DNA of 64,000 nt from the NCBI GenBank assembly GCA_002722955.1, contig PBMZ01000076.1:11132-75131 (forward strand), read 5' to 3'. The notes under the pieces were generated by a model. It made no database searches. It was given only the letters and a program-made list of their open reading frames with translations, and was not told where the DNA came from. Every line of letters starts with the position of its first letter. Position 1 is the first letter of the stretch. Shown in pieces: positions 30,701-31,617 of this stretch. Position numbers and translations under genes: made by a program. Origin of the DNA: Planctomycetaceae bacterium. Lineage in GTDB: Bacteria; Planctomycetota; Planctomycetia; Planctomycetales; Planctomycetaceae.

Positions 30701-31617
30701 CCCGCAGCAATTGTCGCTGTATTCTCGACTTGAATCGCGCCTGTTCCCGTCACATCGCCATTGGCCGTGATATTCAACGGCGCATTACTTCCGCCGTCTA
30801 GAACAATCCCTGCCAACGAAACCGTGCCACCCGAGTTGATCGTTAGTTGCGCTGGGCCTGCGGCTGAATCAGTAATGGCACCGAGGCTCACAGTACCCGT
30901 TCCACCTGCGGAAAATTGATTCGTGCCGCCCGTTCCATCAATATCGATGGTGACGTTCGATGACGCGCTTAGGTTGCCGTTTGTAGCGTTGAGATTATCG
31001 CCAGCTTCGAGAGTTAGGGCGGCATTGTTGATCGTCAGACTTGTGCCAGCGGTCACGTTGTCATCAATATCGATGGTGTTATTTCCGCCGTCACCATCGA
31101 GCACGATGGAACTGGCCGTGCCATTGTTGGTGCTCAGACCGACGGGCAAATTGATCGTGTCGTCCCCGCCCCCAAGGAGCACTTGAACCAGTTCCAATGC
31201 ATTGAAGTTGGCAGGCGAAACGCCCGTGAAATCGATGGTGTTGGCATCCGCATCACCGAGGATGTCGATCACTTCCACGTCGGCGGGCACGACGTTGCCG
31301 CCAGTACCACTACCACCGGCGACGTTGGCCCCATTGACCAAGACCTCGTCACCCACAACTGTGATGTCGATGTCATTGTCCGTGGCAATGTCAATGTCGA
31401 GTGTGCCCGTGCCGGCATCAAAGGCAATGGTGGTCAAGAGCTTTTTGTCTTCCAGCTCCTCCACGCTAGGAGTCATTTGGACACCTGTGTCATGGGTTTC
31501 CAACGCTTTCTTAATGCGGCGTTTCTTTTCTCGTCGCAAGCGTCCTCGGAGGAGAGCCGAGAACATGCGGTTGACAACATCTTTGTAACGACCGTCGAAC
31601 AAGCTACCTGACAACAT
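1..31617 (-). CDS. Giant extracellular repeat protein, partial. The N-terminal >=10,539 codons are in the window and the C-terminus lies beyond the window start.
   Basis: The ORF is absent from the supplied track because no stop codon lies inside the window. The minus-strand ATG at 31617 is preceded by purine-rich AAGGGAAGGA 9 nt upstream. There is an in-frame stop at 31717-31719, and alternative in-frame ATGs at 31683 and 31689. I hand-translated the minus strand at 1-60, 181-240, 301-420, 601-660, 1441-1560, 2041-2100, 2161-2220, 2341-2460, 2521-2580, 3015-3290, 3521-3560, 3781-3900, 6721-6840, 9961-10020, 14941-15000, 17941-18000, 19681-19740, 21016-21069, 22441-22560, 23791-23859, 26941-27018, 27325-27381, 29341-29400 and 31435-31617. 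Every segment is stop-free and protein-like in the same frame (first codon base at coordinates divisible by 3). The track has no minus-strand ORF in that frame anywhere in 1-31617. All 16 listed minus ORFs there end at coordinates equal to 2 mod 3. That is what a single frame open to the window edge predicts. Confidence 0.93.
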   Translation of the reverse strand, partial: MLSGSLFDGRYKDVVNRMFSALLRGRLRREKKRRIKKALETHDTGVQMTPSVEELEDKKLLTTIAFDAGTGTLDIDIATDNDIDITVVGDEVLVNGANVAGGSGTGGNVVPADVEVIDILGDADANTIDFTGVSPANFNALELVQVLLGGGDDTINLPVGLSTNNGTASSIVLDGDGGNNTIDIDDNVTAGTSLTINNAALTLEAGDNLNATNGNLSASSNVTIDIDGTGGTNQFSAGGTGTVSLGAITDSAAGPAQLTINSGGTVSLAGIVLDGGSNAPLNITANGDVTGTGAIQVENTATIAAGSTNDITLDDAGNDFTTVVVTSADNVTLDDANSIEIGSSTIDGDLTVDAVAAVTDPNGVSTSVGGTASFEGASVIMGELPTDTVMFGALNFNSGVATIVQDNAMVLTGTNVATDLDLRATGTITDANGASITVTNNARFISNDSSNITLDGTNMFGTLTFDGGAINITEIGDMVLDGALGTTITLMSTATITDAATSDFQADNTAVLTATGDITLGDQAGDNFMAASITLTTAGTASITENDGTDFSGNTTVGNLVLDSDGNVTDSGTLTVSGTASFDANTNNVTIDSINNDFQGAVSVTDTATGVITDANGITFDTVTTTANFTANANMSNLVANNDSVDFTGTATIGGNLSVDTNTTGLGTGGMIVDSGAGVLSVAGTTTLDAGNASIALDNANNDFDDDDTGDALMITNSGAANNIDINDIDLLTLGLSTISGGTATFTADDINITGNISAAAENADIVLQPNDNTDTIGLAGAAGTFTLSQADIDNLQNDDFDTISIGRSGANQTGQITANAVTFVDPVILRAGGGDVVIDGQLTGNDNASITVNGDGNTTTLNADIVTQGNSITINDTVLVNGDRTLDTTDGGGSAAGANVTIRDEIDGANAAGTDNLTINGGTGGTVDLQSDVEGQAGAQSVGGGQDLEALTIDGATVNLQNVQAGTIDVDSGTVTNLNGTTYNATAGAASITGNVELEAGGNTVTVESNADADVTLGTVTDPGNDDSLTVDSEGNVNITTATVGGAISVTADSDADGTATLTASGLNAGTSLTLSGGAGDNGANDDIDLDADVTAGTSITLQNAAGGVDLAANVDLTAQNGGVSATTNVSAINLSGTGTNMISSTDGGNAADISLANVTASADNANLTVSGDDDVTLGTVDLGGTGAAGTDGDLSVSFNGEGDGGTLNAGTLDAGGVSIAGSTGNDNDTANLVAVTSSDTSVSIDEINQVNLTGDVTSAAGITISNVNTEVDLGAGVDLLANGGDVDLSTGVTSVDLSGGTTTNLIDASAAVSAANVNFTDSADGNATLRIDAGTNIDVNGITLDGDGEDAGVLDINLDTDGDDTATLNVNGAISTGGAITVNGQGTNDTMNFDSLVTSATGSVTIDTADVVNLDGDVDAGTGVTVQNVNSDINIDASANRMITANNGNVDFDNNVNQITLDGGSNAVTIEANGGGDVELDDVVDDGAGGTAASLNVLAQGNATFTTINLNDTTDGNLSISIDTDNNDAAATLTINAGQISNVASASFSGGTDDDDILDINDNISTTNGSLTTTNFNDVQIDASAARALSAVNGNVNIGVGATGGITLDNGDNTVTISATGAGDADVTLAAVATDNGTDGANLTVNADGGANFTTIDLNGTGTNGDLQFDIDADGDSTETLTIAGDINNVNSLTVANGEANDTTFINTASFTTDTTQTYGDSVILGPGTVTLNGTDITFNAVDDDGTDSDLVVIGSGDTTFNGVVGGTNPIASITTDAAGNTVINANLNTDGGTMTFNDPVLIGAGGVTLDDSGATGIAFNDTVDSVATETNSLTVTTTNAASDISFDLAVGGTNPLDTLTINNAGTLTIAAAGDITLDGAFDQNGGAVTTAGDITTTNDNVDFGGTVAINGAVAIDTDTGTGTVTFASTVNGQNADGNDDLTVTAGTGNADFQADVGGGVDLELLDVTAATIDVQNVTADVIDLDATTVDLNATTYTAAVGTLTIGDGNTVNLQANAGTTTITTVGNANLTLGTIADPAAADALSVVGEGNIDIDAATAQGNINIDVDGPTDNGARTLDTGAIDSTTGSVDIDGNGGDDLVNLTGNVDAGTTIGINTVATVDIADGADLTSDDGGIDVSTNVTSINLSGTAGTTTVDATDGATAANANITLANVTDSSDGRNLTVDADDDVTLGTVTLDGDGAGAATGHGDLSVNFNDDDDAGGNTLAAGTIAAGGVTITGSATSASDTANLGQIDSSDTGVSIDEVDQVNLSADVTAATTLDITNVDTEIQLADNVNLTANNGALDVATGVTLIDLNGAAATTNTIDGNGDANVSVGPVTAANDVNLTINSEGNATLDTIDVNSGVLSINIDNDNDNDGAGGGGLTASFDDLAAGTVNVTGGTDDDETLTFTGTVSSDTAGVSISQADTVELQGNVTGQTSVTISDVTTDIDLAADVDITATTMGIDVDNSVGGITLSGTTGTNSLTAGTSIDANTAITDSGDGPAELDISAGSGIELGSITLDGTNNTNLDVNLDTGTNGSTLNANGPISVAGDITVDGTGTDDTMNFDMSVDSTAGSVTINQSDIVNLDGNVSAGTSITVSNVNTNTNIDASAARSITANSGAVSIDGPIVLDNGPATNAPTVTVSANSAATGAADAGDVTLDDLTTGSAGDSPSLTVNATGGVTTGTVNLDGATGGDADGAFEVNIDTDDDSGETYNLNGNVTNAASVTVTGGATGDTNGDTVNINADVTTTAGGIDISDAQTVNVTDTRNLTTADGDIDISTGIGSISLNGNGTTVTLDANGADPGGSSAEADIHLGSVVTNNQTTGAALTVAADGDVDISAGVDLNGGTTDGALTIDIDDDNDTDGASISFDGNVTNVASVTVNGGTDNNDTASITADLATTAGAIDFNNFANITLDSTAGQLDIDAVGGNVELQTTVTAITTAGTNLIEITADNGTGGDVNLANLTDDGNMGEDAADVTITADGSASLGTLDLDGAAGQADGALVIAIDSNDDSTETLVINANQISNVESIDLSGGATDDNDILDINGDVATSDGSFVISDFNDVQINAPTAGTRSLTAVNGDFDANTDVTMITLDGDGAVSISASGVEGDTSDADVILASMVDDAAGGDGADLSVVADGSLTLNGINLDGGANADGELVLTADNAGADDVETITIDATIQNIASLIAGGNNGNDETVDVNADVTATAGGITFRNANVELDASAARALTSTGGDIDMTTNVGMITLDDGSNTVTIDANGDTGGGDDADVSLGPVVDDASGTIAANLTVNADGGVTLDSVSLSDNTNGNLNVNVDVDGANGNETLTVSGTISDVAVATFSGTGSNDQADIDANISTTGGALTIQTFDDVDLAVGVDLAAVGGNLELDTALNTITVSGDDDEATNTLSSDANVNADTPISDSDEGPDVLAISAGMDITLDSVTLDGDNDPTLDIDVDTGAAGTQTLTVNGNLEAGTVEVNGQDTNDDMIFVGTIESTDTSVTIDGAGTVNLDGNVTANSSITIQNVGTEIDIAEDVDLDAQGGDASLDNSVTQIDFSGTAATNTVSATGNVGLADIIDSNAGPAEVNVQAGGDLDVDVVTLDGGSNAILDLDVDTDDTGGDTFTASGNVTAGTVEANGQGTNATSDDAIDFQGTVDSTTAGVTIGNAMDVDLDGDVTAQTSVSIDNVTTVNLASGVDITATTGSVDIDDDDVDDIELSGTTTNVISANTTVTLTDISDTDAAGPTRFTADATGGDLTINAITLDGTATQTVDLLAGNDLVDDNGTDLNITAENLAIDVGGDAGSGVGVVIETAVSNLAVDAGGNVSITNTGALTIDEVTTLAGMVTGITSGGEVRITATSPITINEDIIAVDDIIITATDSMGTGDDVTIADGVTIRSTNGGIIINAGDDFIMNGANSVIRTDNGDITINIDAGDADANVPATATIAGIVNASNGAGAGSMFINGENDDDATPVGGDGPTGDTITVRIADVATAFGITNAQVGTFEVDGNDPLAVIGDTLNVNSDPGANPNLVLTPTNAGGEAGFTFTAGFQNLDFQEIEVVDSDTNFQLTIDIDNSQAGNVAAGTEIIDAGDQFRNNIRLEGQANGNLRVFAEDVGDGIGEVEQLQFELGTGAINNIVVTGSGEDDTLIVDNSLSVYVPVTGGSITFNAAGETTSDNLEVIGGTGIARTTYQPDDSGQAGDGVLTLDPDGNQGFALGTAANGDEQVINFNDLETDAGTPLSDVLLTTGSTILDIFLTDQADGATLVDSMEGATNTNTLQDGAGTFADIEFANQVGVTINALDGADGVTLTSTTAAASLTSIDVFGDQQTGGTDDGAADALNAEATTVPTSLDGQDGDDTFLIGNATGAGANNIAADVTVTGNAGGNDQLTVSDVGDPDGDNGDLTSTTVDFDGAAGQITYGTIEGVTVNLSAFADTFDVQSTLATAPVTVNGNAGNDQINVQSIDSATAINGDADDDTINVSSDAPTNAGDANGINAVLTISGGADTDTINVSDVADGNDNTLRLSDNQIGGGAFNAAVAAGGIFDTNGIINYGDGTNDIENLDIDLGNGNNTINIDDAGTTDATGATAMTNVDDGTGNSTWTIQSNALNATANHNFSGNAGNDTFNLEFDAGTDASGGTFVINGNAPATDAANRDIVNINLPVADGLRQASITYDNSASGDVLLDLDNTTGTGTIIDANTVETINYNGDNANDDQITVNDTGDPTVFTITNIMNTSVSVLLDGGVGAGGGTEPGPDLNLFGLTNGDGALNTFGDVGLNIDGMDPTLITTPDIVDYDGSAEVFLFSPTSGTIVNDIDNDDANDPITVDFQNIEDSDTDNNGEEDVIIDLNNFEIGGQPVEDGNADTVEVQISPDDPTLIQLIINDIVAFEQERGTFRALSVTGSNDDDTFMIDDASGIPTFQGDILTDIAGTNANMDNLLTGVDDNANVVPSVLFQGGMGNDSIDITLTGSSTEVRYGIGDGVGTVADATGNMGELTFENATDQFSVFFTGLAPITATGAGTDLTVIGTNNSETINVVRLDADTTQINGTSSGVPFESFDFDADMFNTLTIFGEGAVDTIDVQGFADDEDALTTITIDGDGQANGDNSADTLIVRSTSALPTATATLNMLGGDGSDTFILDSDGNGDFGAGTVDNIQIPIAVSPNINNEAADDDGDTDQLFIIDTDDTGGGDTIEITDGGIEGITGETNGTATTDITYNAGGQVENITIFTGTVAAGETINIQSTDAGSTYFLATQAGTDIINISGAAPDLDAGAGNLDAILGQLNIDTGADADNLNISDFDDTEGDQYEVDQVDPTTMGELTEVLFNRFSGGAGMGPLGATPNAADPLAQDVTYNADIADADGGATSNAGNAGNLENFRLIGADAVSNIYDILDTTGTASNTIEDGDAVADNGGNAVFNISLEDPDTGAATDSIVQVNASNTFRGFDGNDRFDLEFGADDFIPAGTFVIDGGTLAADPANRDVINVFTNGDTITRNLNVTYDKANGTGDVDVTGLGGTSVDFNEVEQVNFDGDDSNNDNVTITGSQMDDTLSVTPLDDNSAHVFIDGDPLLTIPPDDFNTNNPGIDDDDAGLASPGPDIYLDGLERVNGLTFDGANGTTDDDRLIVNTTTENSAGDLDETSGFGPNAAAAVENGVTNEPTAVNDDAIEATNQAFDTITVTDSLVAIERFNDSDVSQGQLVNVNIVTNTFSRTDDTEAELTVNTGDEDGVRTTGIGDDVTVTLSTNFRFQINGGDFPEPADVPLRGDRLRVNPLADGDFTIFADAATDSDTQAAPNDPNVSITSANLLATSDELVFADFELVTLRPDDASQTVNIIGDNNGIGAGNANNQDEIIVTGNFDAASIIDPDVGSAEEDGDNANEAYVLINGSSPIGIFNVHHLNIDGRGGDDDITIDPYAEDNTGGWDIDISIDGGTAGETNGDDIFYGNIERDLTLQSGLFFLDNDPDGSVAGVSENVNIVASTTAFAGQIQVTNATDATNIATIDFINTEDISVNLNDGSAGDTDSLTFTGTAVVDMLDVNFTDAGDDSSATAAWIDSSVGGAATFSIERFVQASPNTGAAPTLSNLDEVNLNLAGESDSVTIVGRSGLSNLLAPTVINLDGGDPISGDSINLPGTDDATDSFTITSGLFVDSGTLDVILDSENVVNPTPLTRINYVNTASINVDGGNNTGTGGPEEIVFNGQEGADFLSLGANGLETTAQGTPFNFDNLGPGSQVTLDGAGGDDVISVDPLALAGNAATANITRVIVRGGDPEASDELIVTGSANDDTINFDFTGAMNSEITVTGANAVVDLDDSIETHVIDGGGGDDTLQIEDSDGTSDTFTLTPGTAEDRGTVQVDQRAPIAFQDIGTGGTLALTGSGGASSFTYNAGENNDTFSLAANGTINLNSQVGVTTTAIESSTFNAAGGDDTFTILQGSTLDEAVSFVGGDGDDSVNANVDGATDADINLADGTLTGIADGVITLDSSIEGLSVIGQDDTDNDVNISGYGASTNLTSISINGGDDDDDDADTIDIALVAGANTLVVTPINGTNATVSRNGSPDLDISGLNDNAGSLTLDTDADDEVQIAGSVGNDSFTVTAAGGTTVVPTISGTASVQVDFDGNGPLVINGGDGDDAVTVDSTATDLLTGTTTFNGGDGDDDLNITGDNNGNGITNVAYTPGPTDDAGTITHDAQTILFTGLEPVVDTTTATNLTINGTAANNSITYSNNGGNGLVAVDSFETYEFSNKTNLVIAAGDGDDTITLNNPATNGAAGLTNFTVQGGSGTDTISAVSDDDATSPVALDLAANTLSGVIDNAAGASIAVSLETFEAVNVVDDGTTHAASATALDITAPATATAFAFTPGATGAGTITAGAIPVTFTGITSAEEIDLTGGAAAGDSLSIGDIAGDTTITASPDQITINGLAPINLDTSTDATRIESISFDLTSGSDSITVTPTTEGDSSDGVTFDINGNGDDSLTVATGGDNATITSNSVVIDDGTNTAGAVTFGGTSLAITGDGDIVLTGTANDDTFVINPSDGTVDINGSVVELNGSTNITVDGAGGNEDLVIVNGTSGNDTVSVDRDDANNNTQITANGVTTTLVAASENLQISTGLGDDTVTVSDVETNGVSVSVDTGSGGDTLILEDDNAAFVVTEGADGESGAVDVNGNTAGGSTAFTDVEAITLDGNNTTISVTVTGSGDADEATFTGGANADDASVTVGEFAPISIVDAGAASTFNLNTGDGDDNVSLAANDGNFTTFNVDLGAPTASDSVVILGDTGNDGITFAAATGVVTVASTTNTATFNVTNEEALTIDGNGGTDTLNVTGDAAGSTFALQSLSASSGTIQVDGGLPVAFQNIGSTITLTGDADDDDTVVLTGSADNDSVTLTSASLTVNGRAYTLASQETVTLDLLDGDDTADVTPSAGFTANVNGGNNDNDSLTIQQASTAATVTNGSVTVGTGVVNQTGIENITVMGDGAVDLDGTTGDDTIVVNADGTAQINSGPSFNLDASTDIEADGISGDDTVNVNGTALADTVTVDRTAGTVAFNAGITVTVSNQDTLNLSTGLADDDITVSGTGGPSTIQVDGGEPGASDTLTLTSADADAAFTLTPGSEAGTGTGVVDGAATSYSGIELVELDAGAGANADAVTLNATGGADQISFTGDAANSDDATVSISSVAISLLNFTDASTVTFNAGDGDDSITIARNAATNFDTFDVNAGSPGASDNVEVTGTAGADTFTYHPSATVDADSTVGINGATVNITDAESVELVGLGDADTLTANDDGNATADSVVLTPAGNDSGTFQFNSSSPVTFTGAESVTIDLDGTATDSVTVNGTNSLDTVDVNDDTVTVNGQAFTIDNNETLTINTIDGDDDVTITDGDGATTINVATGAGDDSFTVVDGNGATTINGDLGDGIDSATVTPTTGTTVNLDGSGSDSLAIQHRAATDDDYTLVVADANTGQVTEANSAGDTNYDGFNSVTVNGEADDGDSLTVSATGADDDLTLSAGANGDVLVGADIPTVTLTGDVTDFAINGQGGDDSLTVNALGLANATTYTYTIDANEGNNDLTVNSGDGNDTVAGTDGTLDVNGVDLVYTAGALDDYTINTLEGNDSVTTGAITDDVRINTAGGNDTVDASAATSTVTVNGGAGDDNITGSGQADVIDAGSGNNTVAGGAGADVIDTGDGNDTIDGDDADDVITSTGGDNTINGGNGADLITTGAGNDVINGDDGGANQTDDGDDTINSGDGNDTVQGDAGNDVFFGGAGSDVFTWFQGDNNDTIEGEDGDDQVIFNGANANEAGGTENFTVSAGTGGRVELDRTQGGVNLSIEGVEQLDINGVDAGDADAGGVETVQVNDLSTTQLDTLNINLEGNGVDDAAADSITVEGRTDADNLALTETGGTVTLQGLKYDINVTNSDDTDQDTFTIDANEGDDVVTIDVATLDNIGVTVNGGAGNDVISGADLTNGGDGDDNLTGQDGQDSTINGGAGDDVLSPGTGTNTVNGDAGNDTFIPGGGTDTVTNAAGGTNQILVTGTDGNDTFELDSEANGDLTVSINGVDTTYVGLAGTNITNIVVEGGLGDDTLTVDATDGAVSVSEGIEYDGGEGSDDLVLEGTNTVTSNTYTVGPNETSGTSSIVFNGDTQLVTFTGLEPVTDNVAGPLTVVATGDDNDITLTDVDDTEAGDGLIEIDNFESITFDNKTAVTIQAGDGDDDILVDGDADLAGGLTITAGAGNADIVSVTGDTGDATVTYSPATGTTNAATLAVDGLSITLTGTEDLNYDAEDEADVLTVNGSAAANRIVATPGADSSSGRVVVGEINAGNTVDTLLGINYTNISTAGELIVDGGAEDDVLVVIGSAGDDLFIQNNDGDGTVAVFNENGTRVPIDPVSIREITLDGLGGDDAFDINADNALDGLEIVNVIGNDSGTADVLTINDLAAEDDTITVSQGEATITGIMIPDVIGTGTIGVDSGGAALSVVYIGIDELAVTGTDADQDILVVNDTDADDNILVAPGAEGDRITGDNLTPIEVTGSFDSITIDADTAGSDDTLTVEPTNLSTADAVIFATNPADDDDLILNGTTEDDTVTANTDTVAFNGQSIDYTNGNLSSMTVNTGEGNDSVTFNDDIAHELTINSGIGADTVDVSGVDSVGVAINADSGRDVITGGTGDDTIDAGAGLDNVQGNDGNDLIFGGSGNDIIAGDNGGGATLADDGDDTIDGGTGNDQVTGDGGADVFNGGDGSDTFIWNQGDADDTIEGGSGSDVVIFNGADAGTVADEDFTLSAVEDNDSVRTLLQRTQGGVDLDITNVEQIDINGDTGTEDVQIDDLTQTSVDLINIDFGAGGDAETVTVEGRTNDDDIAITAPAAADTITVSGLAYDINIDGGVPADADTLTVNGRQGDDTINAGENVEDNINIVLRGNSGDDVLTTENNTSTDANATLAGGAGNDTIQGGSGQDEISGGTGEDLLAGGGANDTMTGGDGNDFLLGEGGDDDMSGGGGEDTFIGGTGNDTIDGGGGFDTIQIDGTSDADQFIVSQTNATTLVHDTNGTVETDTLVDDTVEEAEINGGLGDDIISVTPSDALIAAGTEASSLQFTVNAGDPNAFGDRLIVNDEGIGDTIIQRVGQDDRTGTFTVGALAPVVYSGVEFTDVTPFNNITAGTGTDSEGRLVVFKPDGFEANNSLANATFLGSGATINVDPTIDPGGLAAFGVPGDNDFFQFVAAETGTLDFQIYFDEVATLGNGRAGLPGDGDLNINIFDSDGVFLATTGRVVENDAGDVAEGTDLTDPAGNVIGERVTIPVIRNQTYFLQVVGDTVDSINVYNFTVVNVEAPIPELVDLTAGTDSGRSNTDDITAFDDDATTDDADISTTPTPDPSIFHIILDGDRLQEFENLDLLPDTTDDDLRTVGFDYGVEVFNNGVSIGNAFLLDATEVEQTWQITLDNGELREGHNNFIQAATWFRDPADPEVEGRGELSDALQVTLDTIVPPVAFGLPDNAGNAVSMTDGLAAESDSGVDGQAGTFSDRITSDSTPTFFGLAEADSIIRVFVDDTNGDRVLIGQTVATPFDGNEAFGGDILDDNVTGEWTITSNINLNDPQLGLGLDGLRTLTVTAEDVAGNLTQDAVDIDTLTIFVDTQGPTVTNVTQLTQIDGTAGVGDSVFAPKPAAGADDPVRGLRITFFDPTEREGGFNHDAVNTILAESEGNYQLIGDASGTILIDTATVVSTTQDATGATTVVDVTFTESDGDLFLLPDDRYTLTVTDRIGDDPDNALDGDVQATGAGVDAQLLPSGDGQPGEDFVARFTIDSRPEIGIIGQGLISIDINGNFDFDTDNVDATNRDFVFEVGIETDQVFSGAFGVDDGYDRLGAYGLVNGQFRFALDTDNDGVTDVTTISSEQINAIPVAGNFDVLNGGPADAGDEVGLFDGARFFLDTDGDNNVGGAGDLTITTALRGQPIVGDFDGDGLDDFGAYRADADTFTFDLANDGFGDDVDATISFSNPGFGFPGVVEQAFTVGDFNLDGIDDIGINAPNS
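1380..2100 (-). other. Bacterial Ig-like domains of the DSGxSxxDxIT / TPTFxG type within the giant ORF
   Basis: Verified translations: PIPELVDLTAGTDSGRSNTD (2041-2100) and DSGVDGQAGTFSDRITSDSTPTFFGLAEADSIIRVFVDDT (1441-1560). This signature is common in Ig-like domains of RTX-type adhesins. Confidence 0.65.
2150..2570 (-). other. PPC (bacterial pre-peptidase C-terminal)-like beta-sandwich domain of the giant ORF
   Basis: Verified translations: FKPDGFEANNSLANATFLGS (2521-2580), PGDNDFFQFVAAETGTLDFQIYFDEVATLGNGRAGLPGDG (2341-2460) and VIGERVTIPVIRNQTYFLQV (2161-2220). The E(A)NNxxxxA...GDxDFFxFxAxxxGxL pattern is typical of PPC domains. The family assignment is from motif memory only. Confidence 0.6.
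3015..3290 (-). repeat. RTX block A: nine consecutive GGxGxDxUx nonapeptides
   Basis: Verified translation: ATLAGGAGNDTIQGGSGQDEISGGTGEDLLAGGGANDTMTGGDGNDFLLGEGGDDDMSGGGGEDTFIGGTGNDTIDGGGGFDTIQIDGT. Confidence 0.9.
3780..4120 (-). repeat. RTX-type Ca-binding block B inside the giant ORF
   Basis: Verified translations: GADVFNGGDGSDTFIWNQGD (3841-3900) and ADDTIEGGSGSDVVIFNGAD (3781-3840). These are paralogous to block D. Confidence 0.8.
6020..6290 (-). repeat. RTX-type Ca-binding block C inside the giant ORF
   Basis: My rough translation gives VNGGAGNDVISGADLTNGGDGDDNLTGQDGQDSTINGGAGDDVLSPGTGTNTVNGDAGNDTF. Coordinates are approximate. Confidence 0.65.
6730..7200 (-). repeat. RTX (hemolysin-type Ca-binding GGxGxD nonapeptide) block D inside the giant ORF
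   Basis: Verified translations: DTVQGDAGNDVFFGGAGSDV (6781-6840) and FTWFQGDNNDTIEGEDGDDQ (6721-6780). The adjacent sequence reads as repeated GxGxD(T/V)(I/V) units. Confidence 0.8.
7300..19700 (-). repeat. Coding zone 2 of the giant ORF: heterogeneous ~90-120 aa beta-sandwich-like modules punctuated by (I/V)NGG(D/A)G(D/N)D-type acidic motifs
   Basis: My spot translations give fragments such as ISVTVTGSGDADEATFTGGA (9961-10020), FDGDDSNNDNVTITGSQMDD (14941-15000) and GGGAFNAAVAAGGIFDTNGI (17941-18000). My rough full translation shows recurrent GDGDD / GNGND motifs. A module of the form ...F(T/N)GLEPV(T/V)D...FE(S/T)xxFxNKT...AGDGDD appears near 11.1-11.9 kb and again near 5.2-5.9 kb. Boundaries and domain families are not established. 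Confidence 0.5.
19700..31400 (-). repeat. Coding repeat zone 1 of the giant ORF: degenerate ~105-115 aa T/D/G/N/V/A-rich modules (beta-solenoid-like stalk) with a ~4.48 kb super-repeat
   Basis: A recurring signature was verified by hand at three sites: VNLDGNVTANSSITIQNV (21016-21069), VNLDGNVSAGTSITVSNV (23791-23845) and VNLDGDVDAGTGVTVQNV (27325-27381). Paralogous segments TLTINAGQISNVASASFSGGTDDDDI (26941-27018) and TLVINANQISNVESIDLSGGATDDNDI (about 22460-22539) lie exactly 4479 nt apart. Zone boundaries are approximate. Confidence 0.7.
31435..31617 (-). other. N-terminal leader of the giant protein: no hydrophobic signal core, a basic stretch, then a VEELEDKKLL motif (31435-31464)
   Basis: Translation: MLSGSLFDGRYKDVVNRMFSALLRGRLRREKKRRIKKALETHDTGVQMTPSVEELEDKKLLTTIAFDAGTG. 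The LE(D/x)(R/K)xLL motif close to the N-terminus recurs in large planctomycete extracellular proteins. That recurrence is from my recollection and is not verified here. Confidence 0.6.

Noticed and set aside
19700-31400. Regular sequence periodicity that might suggest a CRISPR array or satellite DNA.
   Set aside because: The repeats are long (over 300 nt), degenerate, contiguous without spacers, and lie in an open reading frame with protein-level conservation. There are no short identical direct repeats.
67-31611. Dozens of long plus-strand ORFs in the track, for example 5470-7266 (598 aa), 3397-5166 (589 aa), 7480-9060 (526 aa), 1414-2823 (469 aa), 27347-28726 (459 aa), 67-1365 (432 aa) and 9617-10843 (408 aa).
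   Set aside because: They are antisense or alternative-frame shadows of the giant minus-strand ORF. Its codon usage (GAC, ACC, GGT/GGC, GTC, AAC, ATC) yields reverse complements that never form stop codons. The predicted products are low-complexity V/S/P/R/D strings with no recognisable domains, and they overlap one another in several frames.
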